Assembly: GCA_001662655.1 (NCBI GenBank)
Contig: KV460225.1
Length of the DNA stretch: 64,000 nt
DNA from: Pseudogymnoascus verrucosus
Taxonomy: Eukaryota
Direction: 5' to 3' (one strand)
Both the position numbers and the translations under genes were made by a program. This document shows, one piece after another, positions 1-11,698 of this stretch (its first letter is position 1; every line of letters starts with the position of its first letter). The notes below the pieces were generated by a model. That model had not been told where the DNA came from, did not search any database, and worked only from the letters and a program-made list of their open reading frames with translations.

Positions 1-322
1 CCATCCTACACACCACCGCCCCATCCTCAAAAGTCCCCTCACAAGGCGGCGGGATATCACGCCCACTAACCCCTCCAGCGTTGATACCTATGATATCGAG
101 ATCTGTAACCCTTGACGGGGTGTTCCAGCATAACAGCCCACTATGTTCATCACAGTGCGGCGCACTATAGAGGAAGTAGAGGATATTCCCGAATAGGATA
201 ACGAAGATGATGATGAGGATGTAGTTAAGGTAGCTAAGAAAGAGGCGTGGGGGGATCATGCGACGTCTGACGAACAGGATGCGGCGCCGTTGTTGCGCGG
301 CTGGGGCGTCGAGAGGAGGCAT
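1..322 (-). CDS. Hypothetical single-pass membrane protein, 3' end runs off the window
   Basis: ATG at 322 in CCCAAAATG context opens a stop-free frame to position 1: MPPLDAPAAQQRRRILFVRRRMIPPRLFLSYLNYILIIIFVILFGNILYFLYSAPHC...CEGTFEDGAVVCRM. A basic N-terminus precedes one hydrophobic segment, and it shows the same C-rich to G-rich polarity as neighbouring genes. No family recognised. Confidence 0.5.
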   Translation of the reverse strand, partial: MPPLDAPAAQQRRRILFVRRRMIPPRLFLSYLNYILIIIFVILFGNILYFLYSAPHCDEHSGLLCWNTPSRVTDLDIIGINAGGVSGRDIPPPCEGTFEDGAVVCRM

Positions 323-440
323 TTTGGGTGATGGGGATTGTGTGAGGGGTGTTTGCGCGGTGGGAGATGTGAGAATGTTGGTGTGGGTATGTGGGAGTGC
401 GGTTGTTGGTATGAGATGTGTGTGGATGGAGGTGAGAGGG

Positions 441-529
441 NNNNNNNNNNNNNNNNNNNNNNNNNNNNNNNNNNNNNNNNNNNNNNNNNNNNNNNNNNNN
501 NNNNNNNNNNNNNNNNNNNNNNNNNNNNN
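441..529. other. Assembly gap (89 N)
   Basis: Run of N characters. Confidence 0.99.
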
Positions 530-1012
530 GGGAGATGGATTGAGGGAAGGTGCGGGGGGTGGGTTGGAGCTTCCTTGTAGATGGAGGTGGGATGCGCGAC
601 TAGTATGCCCTCTTGGCGAGGAAAGAGCGATCTTGAGGTTGGATTATTAATGGACTGAAGGAAGGTGCGAAGGGTGGATTGTAGGTGATAATGTATGGCC
701 AGCATGACCCCTTTTCCTGGGAGCTGGGGAAAGCTTCCATGTGTAAAATTAGGGCAGTAAAACTTGTGAAAAGGAAAACAAAAGGCCGGTATAACTTTGT
801 CAATAGCGGAAGGGCATCAATAAGCGTGGCTTAGTCTGGAGAATGTCCATGGTTTCTGTGGCGGCTGTTGAGAGTTTCATTTTCCACGTCCAATACGGAT
901 ACAGTGCTTACAACTACATATCGTACACTCATCAAGTCTATACCCCCCCCATCCTCCCATCTAAACCCCCCACCAAGCGCCCAAAACAATAATAACATAC
1001 ACCCCCACCCCC

Positions 1013-1864
1013 CTACTCCTTCACGACCTTCACATTCTTCACCCCCTTCGCCTCCTTCGTCGCCTTCCTCGCCGCCTTCTCCGCCTTCGTCGACCTCTTC
1101 CCAATATTCCACCCCCACCCCCTAAGCACCTTAACCACCTTCGGCGTCAACGCCACCGTAGCCGGGACCCTCAAAAAGATAAAACTCTTATGAATCGCAT
1201 ACGCGAGCGCCAACTGCGTCCCAAGACTAGCCTCCTTCTTATTCTGCCTCTGCGCCTCCTCCACCCCCCACCCGGCCATATCAACAGCATCACTCACATC
1301 ATCATTCCCCGTGATCGTCTCCTCAGCACTATGCATCCACGCTTTAAACACATACCACTTCTCCTTCACAATCACCGGTATCAGCGGCGCCACCCGCGAC
1401 ACAACAGCGTGCTCCCACCGCCCCACACGGTCCGTGCCAAGCCACCGCACGAGCAAGTAGCATAACGGGAGGTCCAGCGCCGTGAGCGCAAGATACACAC
1501 CCAGCGCCGACCATCCATACTCGCGAGACAGCTTCTTCATGCGCTGTCCCAGCGTGAGGGGCGCTTTCGGGGCGGCGTCCTTCGCAGCATTCACGGCATC
1601 GGCTTCCGCAGCACCTGTGCGGCGAGGGCGCGAGGAATGGAAGAATCGCGAGCGGAGAGGCTGGAAGCGGAGTTTCGAAGAGGGATTCGTGGGGCGCAGA
1701 GCGGTGCGCGCGCCGCTGTTGGCGGAGAAGTAGAATATGCTTATTGGCCGCCGACCAGCGGTTCGGAGACCAAGGGGTTGCGCGGAGAAGAAGGTGCGGA
1801 GGGGTGCTGTGTTTGCGGGGGACGCGCTGGTGAGGCCGCGGATGGTGGAGATGAGGGAGGCCAT
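1013..1864 (-). CDS. NAT2: DUF1279/FAM210-family mitochondrial membrane protein (fungal Nat2-like)
   Basis: Intronless 283-aa ORF. Arg/Ser-rich presequence-like N-terminus; motifs RMKKLSREYGWSALGVYLALTALDLPLCY and LALAYAIHKSFIFLRVPATVALTPKVVK typical of DUF1279. Confidence 0.85.
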   Translation of the reverse strand: MASLISTIRGLTSASPANTAPLRTFFSAQPLGLRTAGRRPISIFYFSANSGARTALRPTNPSSKLRFQPLRSRFFHSSRPRRTGAAEADAVNAAKDAAPKAPLTLGQRMKKLSREYGWSALGVYLALTALDLPLCYLLVRWLGTDRVGRWEHAVVSRVAPLIPVIVKEKWYVFKAWMHSAEETITGNDDVSDAVDMAGWGVEEAQRQNKKEASLGTQLALAYAIHKSFIFLRVPATVALTPKVVKVLRGWGWNIGKRSTKAEKAARKATKEAKGVKNVKVVKE

Positions 1865-2541
1865 TGGGAGGGTTGTGGTTGAGTTGACCTCGGGTTGGCC
1901 GGGTTCGTGGATGGAGCGTGGTTATAAGCTTTGGTGGTGCCCGGTGAAGTTCATGAAGGGGTGTGGTGTGGCGGATGTGCGGATTTCGCGGTGTGCTTTA
2001 TATGGCGAGAGAGCCATGCACTGGTACGCGTTGGGAGGTGTATTATGTGGCTGGTGGACTGTAATTCGTGTGTTGTCGGAGGTTCTATATTTCTTGAATT
2101 CCTCGGAAAGCTCCCAGCAAAAGTTCCGTCATCAATGGCGAAACGTTTTTCCAGTCCGCTTAACACCGTTGGGGCCGAGGCGCTGGATGGTAGCGGCTTT
2201 ACGGCGAATATCACCGTAGAAAGCATGTGGCTATTATCTGACCAAGCAGTTTGGGAAAGAAAAGTTTAAATGGTAGATACTAGGTCGTATTCATTATAAT
2301 TGGGAATATTGCTCGCTATAGGTACATATATCAGAATAGGAGTTGTGCCGTACCGCAGTAGTTCCCATCCGCTTCAGACGCTCAGATCAACTCTCATATC
2401 ATCGAAGCCTCGATAATAACCACCACTTCCGTCCAATGCAATAATTATTCATAAATCATTACCCTCTAATACCCAACATCCCCCCATCTCCAGAGACGCC
2501 GCTCCAGCCCTCCCTCAACTCCCTCCCAACTCAACCCCCCC

Positions 2542-3834
2542 TCACCCAACCAAAATACCCAAAACCGCAACCACCACCCCCCAACCCCCCACCCCTCCTC
2601 CTCCACCCCTCCCCCCCGCATTCTCCGCCCCCTTCGCCAACACACTCGTCGCCGCCGCCCCAACACTCACACAACTAACCCCACACTCCCACCCCCCCGG
2701 ACAGCACCCCCCGCCCACACACCCATCCCATCCACTGGCACACTTCCCCGCCCCCGTCGCCGTCGTCGCCGCGCTTCCCTCCGGCACCGCCACCGTAACC
2801 CCCCCACTAATAACCGTCACCGACCCCGTAGTCGGACAGAACGTCTGCGCACAATCACGACCTACGCGACAGCATCCCGCGCCTGGGAAATACGCCGAGC
2901 AGGCGTAAAACCCCGTTGGACAAGCTTCTGAATCCGAAGTAAGGGATGTGGTAGGCGGCGCAACAGTGGAGCTCTCCCCTGTCCCCCTCACCGGCGGCGC
3001 CGGCCCCTCCGTCGTCGTCACCGCGCTCGTACTCGGCGTCGTCGTCGTCGTCGTCGTAACCGGCGTACTCGTCGTCGTCGGCACCACCACTGGCGTCTGC
3101 GTCACAGTCGTAATCTCCGTCACAACCACACTACTCACACACCCAACATCAAAGCACACAAACCCCGCCACACAGCACGCCCCCCCCAAACTCTGCGGAC
3201 ACGCCGTCTGCCCCGCCGCGCAGTGCGTTATTTCCCCCTCGCAGGTCTGACCGGAAGCACAGCAGCCGACGGGGCCGAGTCCGGTGTCGGTGATGGTGAT
3301 GCAGGACTCGGTAGAGGCGCAGCAGTAGTTCGGTTGTGAGATGGAGGTGCAGGCGGTGGTGCCGGTGGGGCATTGAAAGGCGCGCTTGAGGAGGGCGGAG
3401 AGGGCGCGGGAGGAGCGGTGGTGGAGGGCTTGCGCTTCTGAGAGGCCGCGGGGGGAGGAGGATTCGGCCTCGTGGATGGCGAAGGCGGGGCGGAAGGAGA
3501 AGGTTGCTGAGGAATTCCCCCGCGAGATATCGTCTTCGGATTCGTAGTCCCGTCGTAAAACATCCCCTCCTTCTTCGTCCCGCGCGTCAAAACCCCAATA
3601 CTCACCAAAAAACATCTCCCCCCCATCCTCACTCATCTTCCTAACCCTAACCGGCTTCGCCCCCCCCTCTATCCGCGCTGCTATCTCCTGCCTTCTCTGT
3701 ATGACCTGTGGTTCTGGCATATGCGCCGGGGGGGGTAAGGCGGCGCCATTGCTGTGTGCGTGTGCGGAGGTGGCGTGGGAGGAGAGAAGGAGAAGGGAGG
3801 GAGGGAGAGCGAGGAGGAGGTTGGTGAGGTGCAT
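2542..3834 (-). CDS. Secreted Cys-rich, Thr-rich, probably GPI-anchored cell-surface protein
   Basis: 430 aa. Signal peptide, pro-region ending in Kex2-like LLKR, Cys-rich blocks (CPTGTTAC...CC, CPTGFYAC...GCC, CASGWDGC...GCCP), a Thr-rich linker and a hydrophobic C-terminus (VVVAVLGILVG). Confidence 0.85.
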   Translation of the reverse strand: MHLTNLLLALPPSLLLLSSHATSAHAHSNGAALPPPAHMPEPQVIQRRQEIAARIEGGAKPVRVRKMSEDGGEMFFGEYWGFDARDEEGGDVLRRDYESEDDISRGNSSATFSFRPAFAIHEAESSSPRGLSEAQALHHRSSRALSALLKRAFQCPTGTTACTSISQPNYCCASTESCITITDTGLGPVGCCASGQTCEGEITHCAAGQTACPQSLGGACCVAGFVCFDVGCVSSVVVTEITTVTQTPVVVPTTTSTPVTTTTTTTPSTSAVTTTEGPAPPVRGTGESSTVAPPTTSLTSDSEACPTGFYACSAYFPGAGCCRVGRDCAQTFCPTTGSVTVISGGVTVAVPEGSAATTATGAGKCASGWDGCVGGGCCPGGWECGVSCVSVGAAATSVLAKGAENAGGRGGGGGVGGWGVVVAVLGILVG

Positions 3835-4761
3835 CGGAGCTCTGGTCGTGGAGTAGCTGTGGGTGAAGTGCAGGGTGCCGAGGCTGAGGCACAGCCTTTG
3901 GGGGACTCAGGGTCCTTCGTATGGCACTGTTTGTTCGGGCGCGATCGTTCACTGATTTGAGTTTTTCGAGTCTGAGGCGCGCGGTCGGTATGCTATATCG
4001 GAATAGAGACGGAATATCGTGTTGCGCTGTGCAGTAAGAATACTTTGGTAAAGTTGGAGGGCGGTTGGAGATGTGAAATGAGGGACGGAGAATAGATAAG
4101 CAGGGTTGTTATAGCAACACACCGAGCGGATAGAATGTGCGCTGTTGGACGGGGTGCAAGACTGCGGTACAAATTTTCAGTTTATATAATTAATATATGG
4201 TGAATAATACTGCTGGGACAATTCTATGGCTTAATTGATGAATCTAGAAATGTACATCCCGATCAACTTAACCCACGACCTTGGATCGCCGAGTCCTCCT
4301 ACACGGAACAGCTGCAGGTGGTCCGTGCCTTGATTCTCACTTTCACACCCAAATCCGCAGAGTACACGTCACAAGTCAAATCAATCTTCAAAAAAAGTAT
4401 TCAGGACAAAATATATTCATACTATAATCCAATCTGTATGTCCAGCCCCGGCAATGACTGCCCCCAAAAATCTACAAAAAAAAACTCCAACCAACAAAAC
4501 CAGTTATCAAACAAAACCCACCCCCCTCCCCCTTCCCACCAAAAAAATAGATACTGTAAGAATAAAAACACCAACCACTGCGCCTATGTCCCCCTATATT
4601 TAACTCCCCCACCCCCCTCCCGCGAATCCAGGAATGCAGTAAAGACGCCGACCTCACCTCATCTCGGCACCACAGCAGGGATAACCGTAATCCCACTCCT
4701 CCGCTCCGTCTCCGCTACCACCAGTTAGTCCAAGTCGACCTTCCTCGACGCATCAGCGCGC

Positions 4762-6198
4762 CTACATACCCCTCGTAACAGTCTGAAACGTCGACCGTCC
4801 CCCCACATCATTCACCGTCGCCGCCGCCCTATCCGTCACATAGACAGTGCTATACACCACCTCCGTCTCCGTCTTCGTCACCATCTCCCCTCCCTCCGGC
4901 TTACTCCCAGCCACGTTCGCGACAGCCAAAGAACTCTTCGTCCCCACAGAGGCGCCACAAATGCCAAAAGCAGAATTACACCCCTGCCCGCAGTAAGCAG
5001 ACGCATCACCGCAGTACCCGTACTGCGAGCAGCACTGTCCAAACGCCGAGCCAGCACACGTTACCGAGCCGCCGCACACGCCATCCGTGGAGACTGTGAG
5101 TGCGCCGCCAGACGACTTAGTACCAGCGACGGCGTTTGAAACAGCTAAAAAAGTATTCGCTGTCGCCTTTGCAGCCCCCGAGCTCACCACGGCCGCTGTC
5201 CCCGCAGCTCCAGACGCAGAGGACCCGCACGTGCCTAAGGTAGGATCGCAGCCCTCCCCGCAGTGAGCGGCTGTCACGCCGCAGTACCCGTATTTAGAGC
5301 AGCATTGGCCGAAGGCCGAGCCAGCGCAGGTTTGCGGGCCGCCGCACTCGCCGTTCGTGGAGGGGGTGAGTGCGCCGCCGGTGGGGGTTTTGGGGGCGGT
5401 GGAGCCGGATTGAGCGGTGTTGGTTGTGGAGGGGATGATGGAGGTTGTGAAGCCTGTTGGGGCTGCTGGGGCTACGACGGAGGCGGAGGCGACGGTGTTG
5501 CCGCTTCCGCTGCCGCTGCCAGAGCCGCTGCCGGAGCCGCTGGCGCAGGATCCGACTGGGGCGGCTGTGCCGGCGCTGTCGTTGGTGACGTCTGGTCCTG
5601 GGTCAGGGAACAGAAGATCTGATGACTCGAGGGTCGTGCATCCGGTACCCGTGTTAGCGACGAACATATCCGGACGCGCCGAGAAAGCAACAGCTGCGGA
5701 GCCCGATCCAGCTGTGATAGTGACACTAGCGCAATTCATATACATCTCGCGATTCCCGACCTTATTGAACCAAGTCCAAGCGAAGACCGCCGGCCCCGCC
5801 TTTGCGTCAGCAGGGACGGTAAACTTGTAATCCGGGACGAGCGGGCAGTTGCCGATGTAGGAGTGGATAGCTTTGAAGGTCTTCCCGCTGTCGAAAGAGA
5901 GACTGGCTTGGCAGGATCCGCCGTTGTGCGGGGCGCCGCCGACGATGGTGAATTTTTGCTCGGAGCCAGCGGCCCAGGAGGCGACGGAGCCGCCGGCCGC
6001 GGTGCCGAGGTCGGAGAGGAAGCCTTTGCAGGCGAAGTCAGAGCCGGAGGCGGAGAGGGGGGAGGTCATGCTGTAGTCGGGGTTGGTGGCGAGTTTGTTG
6101 AACTTGCTACGGAGGGGCGGGGGGTCCGACATCTCCATGTGGGCGAAGGTTGTGGTGGCCATGGTGGCTAGGAAGAAGGTGGTGAAGAAGGACTTCAT
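4762..6198 (-). CDS. AA11-family lytic polysaccharide monooxygenase with two C-terminal CBM18 (hevein-like) chitin-binding modules
   Basis: Likely start is ATG 6198 (CAAAATG), not 6534. Signal peptide MKSFFTTFFLATMATTTFA is followed by His1 (HMEMSDPPPLRS). AA11 motifs HNGGSCQ and WTWFNKVGNREMYMNCA are present, then a GS linker and two CGG..TC.GS.FGQCCS.YGYCG....C..GC modules. 478 aa. Confidence 0.9.
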   Translation of the reverse strand: MKSFFTTFFLATMATTTFAHMEMSDPPPLRSKFNKLATNPDYSMTSPLSASGSDFACKGFLSDLGTAAGGSVASWAAGSEQKFTIVGGAPHNGGSCQASLSFDSGKTFKAIHSYIGNCPLVPDYKFTVPADAKAGPAVFAWTWFNKVGNREMYMNCASVTITAGSGSAAVAFSARPDMFVANTGTGCTTLESSDLLFPDPGPDVTNDSAGTAAPVGSCASGSGSGSGSGSGSGNTVASASVVAPAAPTGFTTSIIPSTTNTAQSGSTAPKTPTGGALTPSTNGECGGPQTCAGSAFGQCCSKYGYCGVTAAHCGEGCDPTLGTCGSSASGAAGTAAVVSSGAAKATANTFLAVSNAVAGTKSSGGALTVSTDGVCGGSVTCAGSAFGQCCSQYGYCGDASAYCGQGCNSAFGICGASVGTKSSLAVANVAGSKPEGGEMVTKTETEVVYSTVYVTDRAAATVNDVGGRSTFQTVTRGM

Positions 6199-7638
6199 TT
6201 TGAAAGTTTTTTGTGGTATATCGAGTTTGGTATGATATGTAAATATCGTGTGATATGCGTGCTTCCAGAGCAGCTGTATTGTATTTGAGTTGGGGGCGAA
6301 AAGAGAGGATATATAGAAGTGGCGGTCCCAAAAATATAAAGCAAAGAATCGAACAGGAAGTGAATGGAACAAGCAAGTATGTTTACTTGTATTGTACAAG
6401 AGAGAAAGAATATGATATCTCAGAAAGAAAGCTCGAGTAGGATTCGTGAAAAGTGCCAGCCTATTCAAAGAATCGTCTACAATGCCTGCCTGTTGTCGAG
6501 GATGAAGAAGAAGATGTAACAAAGACTCACTCATAATGGGAATCCCAAGCGCCTTTATAACCCCCCTCGCTCACCTCACCGACAAAGCCCACATCTCGAC
6601 GCTTCGATTCCTCGTGGTCTGAACGAGACTCCCTCGTTGGACAAGACCCGACGAGTCATCCGATGGAATGGACCTGCTTTGTCCATCAATGTTTCAGCGC
6701 CAAGCACCTCGAAAACGCGTCCAGATGCCCGAACGACTGGCCACTCGGCCGCCTCGATGACCCAAAAACACGACGATGGAACCAATGAAAGAAACCTCCC
6801 GAACCACCACGCATCACCTACCTCTCCACCGCCCCAACCCGACCGCCGCCACAAACCCGTAACCCACAAATGCACGCCCCATCACCGCCCATCCAAAGTC
6901 AGCAGCGGCAGTCTTGTTTGCAGATCCCAAGAACTCAGGAACGAGCTGTGGTCGCAGCGGTTATAATAGTACGCTATATGGATGTCCGAGCTTCAGTTGT
7001 TTAGTACGGGTGGCTGTGAGCCAACCATTTTGCCGCGGAGTGCTTGACGCCAGACAAAGCTCCGCCCCTGCAGAGCTAGAGGCTTGAAACGCGGTGAAGG
7101 GCGGCAAGGTAGAGGGGGAGTGACGAATCGACGCGTGAAGGAGCAGACATAATGAAACGGGTTTAAGGATGGAAGGGCTAGAGGGGTATGTAGATGACAG
7201 GAAAGGGAAACTTGGTTTTTTGGGTCATTGTTCTAAATTTGATTTGGTGGCTTTTTTCTTTTGTTGGGGACGAGGAGGGAAAGGATGGTGGTGGTTGTTT
7301 CAAGTTGTAGCGACAAAAGATGTGTCACGTGATAGAATCATGTGATAGATGATGTTTCAATGTGAGAGTGAGGTGACTGATGGAGGTTGTAGTTTGAATC
7401 GTAGGTATTAAAATATCTGAAGTTGTTTGGAGCCGCTGTTTTGAATTCCCCGTGGGGAGTATAGTAGTTGAGCTCGTTTGATTCGCTCTCACATATCAAG
7501 ACGTATTACTTACGTCACTTAGAACCAAAAATGATAAGATCAAATATCAATCTATAACATCCAAACCTTCACCTCACAGTATCTATATCCTACAATTAGC
7601 CATTCCAAATCCCCTCCATAACCCCCCAAGGTGCAAGA

Positions 7639-8299
7639 ATGTCCCAACCCACAAACACAAAACTAATGGACACCTCTCCCGGCGGCGAATCATTCAACCA
7701 GCACGTCAACCCCACCCCATCCCCATCTCCATCCCCAACACCCCTCTAACCGCGGCCAGATACGATGAAGCCACTGTCTTCACCTCACCCAACACCGAGC
7801 AGAAGCCTAATTTCGGCGGTACGCTTTCACCACTCCCATCCAACACTCCCGTCTTACCCTTTCCCTCTTCCCTTCCCTCTTCCCCTCCCTCTTCCCCTTC
7901 TCCAATACCTCCCCCAACCCAAACTCCAACTCCAACACCCATCTAATACCAACAGACGACGCCATCCCCCCCCGCGGCCCCGCCCTCTCCGCCCAACAGA
8001 AAACCGCGCGCGAGCGGAAGGATCATAGAGACCAGAATAGACGGTACGAAGAAGCGATCAGCGAGCACGGGTTTGGGGGCACAACTATGGGGACTACTCA
8101 CACCACTACCAGCACCAGGCCCCGGAGGGGGAGTGTCGATGATAATGGTGAGAGCGGTGTTAATATTACCGCCACAAGGGAGGAACAACAGCAGCAGCGG
8201 AGGCATTCAAGCTACGAGACGAGTCCTGAGGTAGAGGAGAAGGAGGTGAGGGATCGGAAGAGGCAGGGGTATGGGGAAGGTAGTGGGGTGGGGGGTTAG
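7639..8299 (+). CDS. Small hydrophilic hypothetical protein, 154 aa (exons 7639-7700, 7760-7818, 7956-8299)
   Basis: Spliced model MSQPTNTKLMDTSPGGESFNQYDEATVFTSPNTEQKPNFGDDAIPPRGP...YEEAISEHGFGGTTM...RKRQGYGEGSGVGG*. Intron 1 is 7701-7759 (GCACGT...CTCTAAC...CAG) and intron 2 is 7819-7955 (GTACGC...TCTAAT...CAG); total 465 nt in frame. Confidence 0.65.
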
Positions 8300-11200
8300 A
8301 GCTGGAGCTGGGTTGGGGGAGGGGGGGTTATGGGAATGGCGCGTTGGGGGATGGAGACGGGGAAGAATGGGAAATGGGAAGGAGATGAGATGGCAATTTG
8401 ATAACAGCAACCTCAATACCGCACGCAACAACGGGGATGCATGAACGACACTGGCCGCACCTACCCAGACCTACCCGGACGATCGCATACTCGACCCCCC
8501 CGAAGCCGCCGCAACAGCTGCAGGAACCCTAGGTGCCGAACCATCTGCTGTCCGACAGTTGGTTCATGCATCCAACTCCCCGTGCGACGGTCTCAGGTGC
8601 GGGTTGTCAAATGGCAGCAGTGCGTGCCGTCGCGGCGACATCGGGAGGTCTGGTGCGTACAACGATGGGGGGTTAGGTTAGGGGATTTGGAATTTGGCAG
8701 CGAGAGGTATGGAGGTCGTGGTAGCTAGAGGCAAGGGGAGGTGACAGAAAAGTAAGGTGCGAAGCTACCAGAGCTTGATTCCAAACTGCAACGTGTGGTG
8801 TGGTGCCTCTTAGTGGGTCTATCTGCGTTGTGTTACCCTCTCCCTCCCACACCGATTCTGGAGGGGGTAGCATGGGATTATAGTGGAGAGGGGTGGGTGG
8901 GTGGGTGTTCGTTGAAGGTATTAGATTCCCTGTATGTAACGTGCGGCGGCGCCTGCAAGGCAAAATATTGGCTCTTCGTAAATAAAAAGGTTATAAAGAT
9001 GATCCCCCGTGTGAGTGTTGTGTTGGATGTTTGGCGGATTGGTAGGATATTTTTGTTTTCATTTACATTTACACGCACGGTCGTTAGCAGCAAGCGCATA
9101 CTTACACGGTCGTCTGTCGTTTGAAGCGCACACACACAAACAGAACAGCCTGATAGACCGCCGCCGCGCCAAGCCAACACTTCGGCGGTGGTTGTGTCGG
9201 GATTGTCAGCACCGCTGACTGGACATGTCAATTTGCGTATCGTTACCCCACCACCCCCCGCTAACCACGACATAGCGAGCGTTCCGCAAGCAGTCAGTCA
9301 TTCTCCTGTGCCACAGTTTCGGTGAGAAGAGGATCGCGCACAGAGAGACGAACGAACAAAGACTGTTGGATCGGAGGGTAGACGAGGAAGATTACGGGTT
9401 TGACATTGGGGAGTGCGTCGCACGGGGAGGAAACTGCGCACACTGCAGCGCAACAGCAGAAGTATCCATGCTTGTTTCCCCTCCCTCCTCACTCAGCCTC
9501 CGCGCGCGCAGCGTATCATCTGCGGGTAAAGCAGTATGCAGCATGGCTTGACGGATATCATTACCTTAGGCAAGGGGCAGAGTGAACACATCTACCACCA
9601 TTTCCAGACCCCAACCACCCTACGGCAGAACACCAACAACATTTCATGCAGGTCAGGCGTTCATAGTATCCCCGAGGTTTGCCAAGCGCTAGGAGTAGCA
9701 TAGCCGGACGCAACAGAGGCGTTTTCTCCGGTGATCCCAGGGCCTTTCCCATCGCACGACGGGAAGAATTACACGGTATGCCGTGGCTCGGTTGGTGGTG
9801 TGTGTGTGTGTGTGGTGTGGGGGGGAGGGAGCGGGTGGAGCTTGTTCGGCAATGGCGCGCGCAGAGTGTTGCTTGTTCTTCCGTTCTACCGCAGAACGGA
9901 GGATATTTGATGTGTGGTGGTTTCGGTAGAGTTTGGGGAGCGAGCGGGAGAGCCGTGGGAATTGGAGAGGAAGGCTGTGTACTGTATGTGTACTGTAGGA
10001 TGGGCGAGAAGAGGCTGGAAGGGTTGGAAGGGTGGGAGTGTGTGATCCTGATGAAACGAGGTACGCGGTGCTGTGTGCTCATGCGACAGCCCTTCCTTGC
10101 CAGCCCTTGACAACCACCCTCTCCTTTCGACGTTTGTATTTTGCTCCGTATAGCACTGTAGAGGCAATATCGGAGTGGGTGTGATGGTGAGGTATGGTAA
10201 GAAGCTCGGCGCTGCACATAATTCGCCCATCGCTCAATCCCCAGGACGTCGTCTTGTACCCTACCATACACCCACCATACAACCCTGGGGGCTGTAAGGA
10301 AGGTCTTCTAGTGTGAGGTGTGTGAGATCGTCTTAGTGCCATTTCCGACAGCTTCCATTTTCCCGGTGGCCCTGCGGATGGGCCAGGCCGTATGGGGAAA
10401 GGACCGGGAAGCGCTAGTTGAGAAGCAGAGGATCCCAGAGATGCGGTGGTAACCTTACCCGCTGAGCCATTTGAGGGTATCTGAGCGTCATTTGGGGGGT
10501 GATTCGAGTACTATCTCCGCCTTCTTCTTACACGAATGGGTATATGTCCTTGAGGTTTCTCCATTTCTCCAGGTTGCTTGGCGTAGCTTGAGGTACTTGT
10601 TTATGTTGGAGGGAGGAGATAGAACTGGAAGGGAGCTGTGAGCTGGATTGTATTGTATGTATGCACAACCAAGAATGGACTGACTGGATGGATGTGCTTA
10701 CTATAATCTCTGTACCTTCCTGCACACTAGAGCTCCAGTTTTTACAGGCACAAGTATCCACAGTATGAATGGTATGCGTAACTTTTATTATTCGACAAAC
10801 GGAGTCTTGTATGTATGTATTGGAACATATTGGAAATACTTACAACCACTGGGGTATGTGTGTTGGTGCATGAGGGGTGAGAGAGAGACAGACAGGCAAC
10901 AAGGTCTCACATCCCCTCCCAAATTTACCAAATTTACTCTAGCTGGATGTACTACTACTACTACAACTAGAGTTACCTTGAGGTTCCTCCTCTCCGCAAT
11001 CTTAGACTACGAGGCTACTACAACTACTACATATTGACCACCCCTCCCCCTCCCCCTCCATTTCCTTCCCCCGCCCTCCACCTTTCTTTCTTACAACTTA
11101 CAACCTCACTTCACTCTCACCAACCTCTCCTCTCTCTACTTCTACCTCCTCGTAAGCATACCTTTCTACTTATCTCACCTCCTGAGCTCTGCAAGATAGA

Positions 11201-11698
11201 TCTCATCTCTCAGTTCTCATTGACATCCTGTCCTGTCTCTGTTTACCTTGAGCTCTCCGCCGTCTCGCGCATCTTTTTCCGGACAAACGGACGAACCCAG
11301 AGCTCACCTTGTCGCAGATCCACTACGAAAAACAAACAATAACAAAACACCACATTTCACAATCACCACGCGTACGCAGCCTCAATCGCTGAATTCACCC
11401 GATCAAGTCACGTCAGATCTGGGAACACAGAAACAATTTCCGTAAGACCCTTCAGCTTTTGTTTTGCATTTATCACCCGCACGACCGACGCCGAGCCCAA
11501 GCCCCCCAAGCCCGATCGGACCCTTATCGGTGCCCAGACCAGCGGACGGAAGCACGCAACCTTTAAAGTACCCCGCATTTTCGGTCAGCAATTTACTAAC
11601 CTCTACCTTTTTTTACAGCCAAGCTGCTCAACACTTCAATCTTGAATTTCTCACTTCGGTGAACACTTAGACCTATACCCTTCAATCTCACCTTCGCC

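Noticed and set aside
256..705. ORFs spanning the N gap
   Set aside because: Artefacts of translating through unknown bases.
3641..3652. CTAACCCTAACC telomere-like repeat or telomerase template
   Set aside because: Only two units, lying inside a CDS where they encode VRVR on the minus strand.
6199..6534. 112-aa N-terminal extension of the LPMO ORF
   Set aside because: LPMOs need His1 directly after a signal peptide, which only ATG 6198 provides; the upstream part looks like AT-rich UTR or promoter.
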